A stretch of DNA of 64,000 nt from an uncultured delta proteobacterium (GTDB taxonomy: Bacteria > Desulfobacterota > Desulfobacteria > Desulfobacterales > JAHEIW01), in the NCBI GenBank assembly GCA_963706575.1, contig CAVPNL010000015.1, forward strand, positions 192,001 through 256,000, given 5' to 3'. The notes beneath the pieces were generated by a model. It saw nothing but the letters and a program-made list of their open reading frames with translations. It had not been told where the DNA came from and made no database searches. Shown here piece by piece: positions 59,413 to 64,000 of the stretch (positions are counted from its first letter, which is position 1; each line of letters begins with the position of its first letter). The translations under genes were made by a program, and so were the position numbers.

Positions 59413-61149
59413 ATGTTCGATTATCTCTTCTACACCTCTCTTGTCATTTTCCTCCTGGGTTTGATCTATAAGGTTTCAACCTGGTTTACCAAGAAGATCG
59501 GTATTTTAGGAAAAGACATCACGACGGCGCAACGATTGCAGTCGGCTGTCAAGGGCATTGCCGGTGTCATTTTCACCTCAAAGATCCTGACCCTCCTTAA
59601 AGCCGTTGTGCTGGATGTTCTATTGCAACGCCGGGTTTTAAAAGAAAGCGTTACCCGCTGGCTGGCACACATGTTGATATTTTACGGTTTCATGCTGCTG
59701 CTGCTCATGCATGCCCTGGAATCCGTGGTATCGGAAGCAATATTCAGCGAATATTATTCCACCATAAATCCATTTTTCTTTCTTAGGGATTTTTTCGGCG
59801 CCATGGTGCTCGTCGGTGTGATCCTGGCGGCGGTTCGCCGTTACTTTGCAAAACCCCGCCGGCTTCGAACCGGCGGCATGGATCATTATGCCATCATGAT
59901 CGTGGCAGTGGTTATGCTGTCCGGAATCGCCCTGGAAGGCCTTAAGATCACATCGCACTCTGAATTTATGCGGATGGTCGAAGACTATGCCGGCCTGGAT
60001 GATGAAGATGAAATTGAAGCCCTCGAGACGCTCTGGGTAAAACAATACGGCACCGTCTCGCCCAAGATCGAAGCACCTTTTGACGAAGAACTGTTAGAAG
60101 CCGGCCGTGAAGTCCACGAGAGCAACTGCATGGATTGCCACGCGCCTGCACGCTGGGCGTTTAACGGCTTTGCCGCGGCCAAACTCATCAAACCGCTGGC
60201 CTTGTGGCTGGACGAAAAAGACGGTGTTACCCTCTTATGGTATATTCATATCATCGCCTGCTTTATCGGGCTGGCTTATCTGCCCTTCAGCAAAATGTTT
60301 CACCTGTTTACCACCCCCTTAAGCCTGATTGCCAACCGGGTCATGGACCCGGCCCGATCCTTGTCGGCCAACATCCTCACCCGCCAGGTGATGGAACTGG
60401 ACGCCTGCACCCACTGCGGAAGCTGCAGCCTGAATTGTTCTGCGGCCATGGTGTTTGAGGCCATCGGCAACGAATACATTCTGCCGTCAGAAAAAATGAC
60501 CCTCCTCAAGAAGGTGGCATCCGGCAAAAAACTGGATGATGAACAGATGCGGGCCATCCAGCAAGGTGTTTATCTGTGCACCAATTGCGACCGCTGCACC
60601 GTGCGCTGTCCCTCCGGCATCCGCTTGAAGGAATTGTGGTACAGTGTCCGCGAGGCGCTTTTGGAAAGCGGGCCGCCGCTGCCGCATGTTTTAAGCCCCT
60701 TTTCTTTCGCCCGGGGATTAATCATTCAGGAGGGACTCTCGGCTGATATATATACCCGGCCGATTGAAAAGGCCAGGCAGGCGGTCGGTGGACGGTTTGC
60801 CGATTTGATGAATCCGGACACCCCCATTCCGCTAATTGCGGAGGACAACGCCGAACCTCAAACGGCCATTAAGGCTAACACCTATACCCATTGCTTCAGC
60901 TGTCAGAGCTGCACAACGGTCTGTCCGGTGGTCGCTAACTATGATGACCCCGAGCAAGTGCTCGGATTGCTGCCCCATCAAATCATGTGCAGCCTGGGTC
61001 TGGGATTAACCGAGATGGCCTGCGGCGCCGGTATGATATGGGATTGCCTGACCTGTTACAAATGCCAGGAAAACTGCCCGCAGCAGGTCGAGGTATGTGA
61101 CCTTTTATATCGTTTGAAAAATACGGCGGTAGCATCGATCGAGCCCTAA
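59413..61149 (+). CDS. NarI/HdrE-like cytochrome b domain with inserted CxxCH, fused to four [4Fe-4S] motifs (HdrC-like)
   Basis: His pairs in WLAH..LLMH and YIH..SKMFH; CMDCH; CTHCGSC..NC, CTNCDRC..RCP, CFSCQSC..VCP, CLTCYKC..NCP. Confidence 0.85.
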   Translation: MFDYLFYTSLVIFLLGLIYKVSTWFTKKIGILGKDITTAQRLQSAVKGIAGVIFTSKILTLLKAVVLDVLLQRRVLKESVTRWLAHMLIFYGFMLLLLMHALESVVSEAIFSEYYSTINPFFFLRDFFGAMVLVGVILAAVRRYFAKPRRLRTGGMDHYAIMIVAVVMLSGIALEGLKITSHSEFMRMVEDYAGLDDEDEIEALETLWVKQYGTVSPKIEAPFDEELLEAGREVHESNCMDCHAPARWAFNGFAAAKLIKPLALWLDEKDGVTLLWYIHIIACFIGLAYLPFSKMFHLFTTPLSLIANRVMDPARSLSANILTRQVMELDACTHCGSCSLNCSAAMVFEAIGNEYILPSEKMTLLKKVASGKKLDDEQMRAIQQGVYLCTNCDRCTVRCPSGIRLKELWYSVREALLESGPPLPHVLSPFSFARGLIIQEGLSADIYTRPIEKARQAVGGRFADLMNPDTPIPLIAEDNAEPQTAIKANTYTHCFSCQSCTTVCPVVANYDDPEQVLGLLPHQIMCSLGLGLTEMACGAGMIWDCLTCYKCQENCPQQVEVCDLLYRLKNTAVASIEP

Positions 61150-61192
61150 GGCTCAATCGATGGTTATTCGTTAATGGAGCCTTCTAATGTTA

Positions 61193-61270
61193 CTCACGCA
61201 AAGGCGCTAAGCCGCTAAGAAAGATAATTTAATCACAAAAAACCTTGGCGACTTTGCGTCTTTGCGTGAG
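61193..61270. repeat. Inverted array of 8-bp repeats (CGCAAAGN / CTTTGCG)
   Basis: ctcacgcaaagg cgctaagc cgctaag ... cttggcga ctttgcgt ctttgcgtgag. Confidence 0.8.
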
Positions 61271-61319
61271 GCATAAAGCTTTAGTTCAATTTAGGCACTT
61301 TTCCAATAGGAAAAACCAT

Positions 61320-62195
61320 ATGAAATTTGCATTATTCCATGGCTGCAACATCCCATCGCGTGTCGAGCAGTACGCCGATGCCACCGTGGCGGTGTGCGCC
61401 CGGCTGGGTATCGCGCCGGTTGAGATGGACACTTTCAACTGCTGCGGATATCCGGTCCGCAATGCGGATCATCGCGCCTATATCCTCTCGGCTGCTAAAA
61501 ATTTAGCCCTGGCCGAACGAGCCGGCCTGGATATGCTGGTGATGTGCAAGTGCTGTTACGGCAGCTTAAAAAAAGCAGCTTATTTTTTGGACCAGGATCC
61601 GGACTTAAAAGCGGACATCAACCGTATCCTGGCAAAAGAAAATCTGGAATATAAAAACACCATCCAGGTCAAGCATTTGCTTTCGGTTTTGTATCATGAT
61701 GTGGGCCTTGAGCGTCTAAAGGAAACAATTTCAAAAACCTACAGCGGCCTGCAGATCGCGGTCAGCTATGGGTGCCATGCCTTGCGCCCGAGCACAGTGA
61801 CGGAGTTTGATGATCCGGTTTCACCGAAAATCTTTGATGAACTGGTGGAGGCCACCGGCGCGTTCAGTGTGGAGTGGGCCCGCAAACTGGATTGCTGCGG
61901 CGCTCCCCTGACCGGTATCAACGATCAGCTGGCCATGGAAATGGCCCAAAAGAAAATTGACAGCGCCCGGGAAGCCGGCGCACAATTTATCTGCACCGCC
62001 TGCCCTTACACCCAGCTTCAGTTCGACGGGGTGCAAATGCGCATGGCCGCTCAATCCAATAACGGCGAGCCGTTGGCGCCCATTTTGTATCCGCAGCTGC
62101 TGGGTTTGTGCATGGGCCTTGATGAAAAAACCCTGGGCATTTCTAAAAGTGAAATTGATCTGTCCAATATTACATCATTCTTAATGACGGAGTAA
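61320..62195 (+). CDS. hdrB: Heterodisulfide reductase subunit B (two CCG domains)
   Basis: FHGC, NCCG, CKCCY; YGCH..RP, DCCG, TACPY. Confidence 0.9.
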   Translation: MKFALFHGCNIPSRVEQYADATVAVCARLGIAPVEMDTFNCCGYPVRNADHRAYILSAAKNLALAERAGLDMLVMCKCCYGSLKKAAYFLDQDPDLKADINRILAKENLEYKNTIQVKHLLSVLYHDVGLERLKETISKTYSGLQIAVSYGCHALRPSTVTEFDDPVSPKIFDELVEATGAFSVEWARKLDCCGAPLTGINDQLAMEMAQKKIDSAREAGAQFICTACPYTQLQFDGVQMRMAAQSNNGEPLAPILYPQLLGLCMGLDEKTLGISKSEIDLSNITSFLMTE

Positions 62196-62197
62196 TT

Positions 62198-64000
62198 ATG
62201 TCGAAAACAGGCACAGGCGCAGTCATGGTGGTCGGCGGGGGTATCACCGGGATGCAGGCAGCTCTGGATCTTGCCGATTCCGGTTACTACGTCTACCTGG
62301 TGGAAAGCTCGAGCTCCATCGGCGGCATGATGTCGCAGCTGGACAAAACCTTTCCCACCAATGACTGCGCGATGTGAATTATATCGCCTAAACTGGTCGA
62401 GGTCGGCCGGCACATCAACATCGAATTGCTGACGCTCAGCGAGGTGCAGCGCATTGACGGCGAAGAGGGCAATTTTGAAGTCAAATTGACCCAAAACCCT
62501 CGTTACGTCGACATGGAAAAGTGCATCGCCTGCAATGCCTGTGCCGAAAAATGTCCCAAGAAAGTTTCCAACGCCTATGACGGCGGTCTGAGCAAACGCA
62601 AAGCCGTTTACGTGCAGTATGCCCAGGCGGTGCCGCTCAAATATACGATCGATGCCGATACCTGCATCTATTTCCTCAAGGGCAAGTGCAAAGCCTGCGA
62701 AAAATTCTGCCCGACCGGCGCCATCAACTTCGAAGATCAAAAAAAGGACATCACCTTAAATGTGGGTGCCGTGGTTTTATCCGCCGGCAGCCAGGCATTT
62801 GATCCGGCTGTTTACGATACCTACGGCTATTCAAACTCTCCCAATATCGTCACCAGCCTGGAATTTGAGAGAATCCTGTCGGCTTCAGGGCCCTACGGCG
62901 GGCATATGGTCAGACCGTCGGATAAAGCCGAGCCTGAAAAAATTGCCTGGCTGCAGTGCGTGGGCTCCAGGGATACCCATCTCGGCGCCCGCGGATACTG
63001 CTCTGGCGTCTGCTGCACTTATGCCGTCAAAGAGGCCATTTTAGCCAAAGAGCATAGCAGCAATGGCCTGGATACGGCCATCTTTTACATCGATATTCGC
63101 ACCTTCGGCAAAGATTTCGAACGCTATTATAACAAGGCCAAAGACGACCTGGGCGTTCGTTTTGTTAAATCGCGCATTACCCATGTCGAGCCCATGGATG
63201 ACAACAGCAAGCACATCATTCGCTATGTCGATGCGGCCGGCCATAGCCGAGCGGAAGGATTTGATATCGTTGTGCTGTCTGTGGGCCTGGGGGCCCAGGA
63301 TCAGGCTGTTTCCCTGGCCCAAAAGCTGGATGTCGATTTAAACCATTATCAGTTTGCCAAAACCGGCGGATTTGATCCGGTCAAAAGCTCGCGACCCGGC
63401 ATCTATGTTTGCGGTGCCTTCACAGAGCCCAAAGATATTCCCACTTCGGTCATCGATGCCAGTGCCGCCGCCGGCAAGGTCGGAACCCGGCTGGCGGATG
63501 CCAGAGGGACCCTGACAAAAACCAAAGAGCTGCCCCCGGAAATCGATGTCAAGGGCGAACCCCCGCGAATTGGTGTTTTTGTCTGCTGCTGTGGCACCAA
63601 TATCGCCGGATTTGTCGATGTGCCCGCCGTGGTAGAATTTGCCAAAACCCTGCCGAATGTGGTCTACGCCGAGCAAAATCTGTTCAGCTGCTCGCAGGAT
63701 ACTCAGACCCAGATTTCAGCAACCATTAAAGAGCATCGGCTCAACCGGGTGGTGGTGACCGCCTGTACGCCCAAGACCCACGAACCCCTTTTCCAGGAAA
63801 CCCTGATTAACGGGGGGTTGAACAAATATCTTTTCGAGATGGCCAATATCCGCAACCAGTGCTCGTGGGTGCACAAAGACGACATGAACAAAGCCACCGA
63901 GAAGTCCAAAGATCTGCTGCAGATGGCGGTGGCCAAGGTCGCACTGCATGAGCCCCTGGTGGAGCCCCGGATGGAAATCAATCAGGCCGCGCTGGTCATC
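62198..64000 (+). CDS. hdrA: Large selenocysteine-containing HdrA-like flavoprotein (runs off the window end)
   Basis: Not in the track. [23 protein letters not shown](62375)-IISP, ferredoxin motifs, TSLEFER, QCVGSRD..YCSGVCC, then a second HdrA N-terminal module [13 protein letters not shown]. Confidence 0.92.
62393..62410 (+). promoter_or_regulatory. Bacterial SECIS hairpin
   Basis: CUGGUCG-AGGU-CGGCCGG begins 15 nt after the in-frame UGA; G-containing apical loop. Confidence 0.7.

Noticed and set aside
62051..63981. Track ORFs in the last 2 kb
   Set aside because: Shadows or off-frame fragments of the Sec-containing hdrA.

Overview
Chromosomal window, most likely from a Desulfobacterota (Desulfobacterales-like) bacterium; this is inferred from the selenocysteine-containing HdrA, the DRTGG protein and the gene content, not from a marker gene. 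It combines oxygen-handling genes with strict-anaerobe genes. The oxygen side is perR-katG; a 13.7 kb operon encoding alternative complex III (actB-C-D-F-A, with actA split by one extra base), a divergent cbb3-type oxidase (ccoN, ccoO-cytochrome c fusion, ccoS, two small membrane proteins, an ActE-like cytochrome, ccoI); class II fumarase; sucA-sucB-lpdA; and cysK/cysE/Rrf2/SQR. The anaerobe side is a membrane heme b/heme c/HdrC fusion, hdrB and a Sec-containing large hdrA. Also present are a sigma54-preceded prkA-yeaH-spoVR-prkA cluster, quinone genes (menG/ubiE, UbiA), an RND pump and an M1 aminopeptidase. Non-coding structure is rich: more than a dozen intergenic elements built from inverted arrays of 7-10 bp tandem repeats, three related hairpin MITE-like elements, a multi-hairpin element inserted in-frame inside ccoI, two solitary attC-like sites, and two small ORFs missed by the ORF track. 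No rRNA, tRNA, CRISPR array, transposase or integrase was seen. All calls are by eye from motifs; no searches were run.
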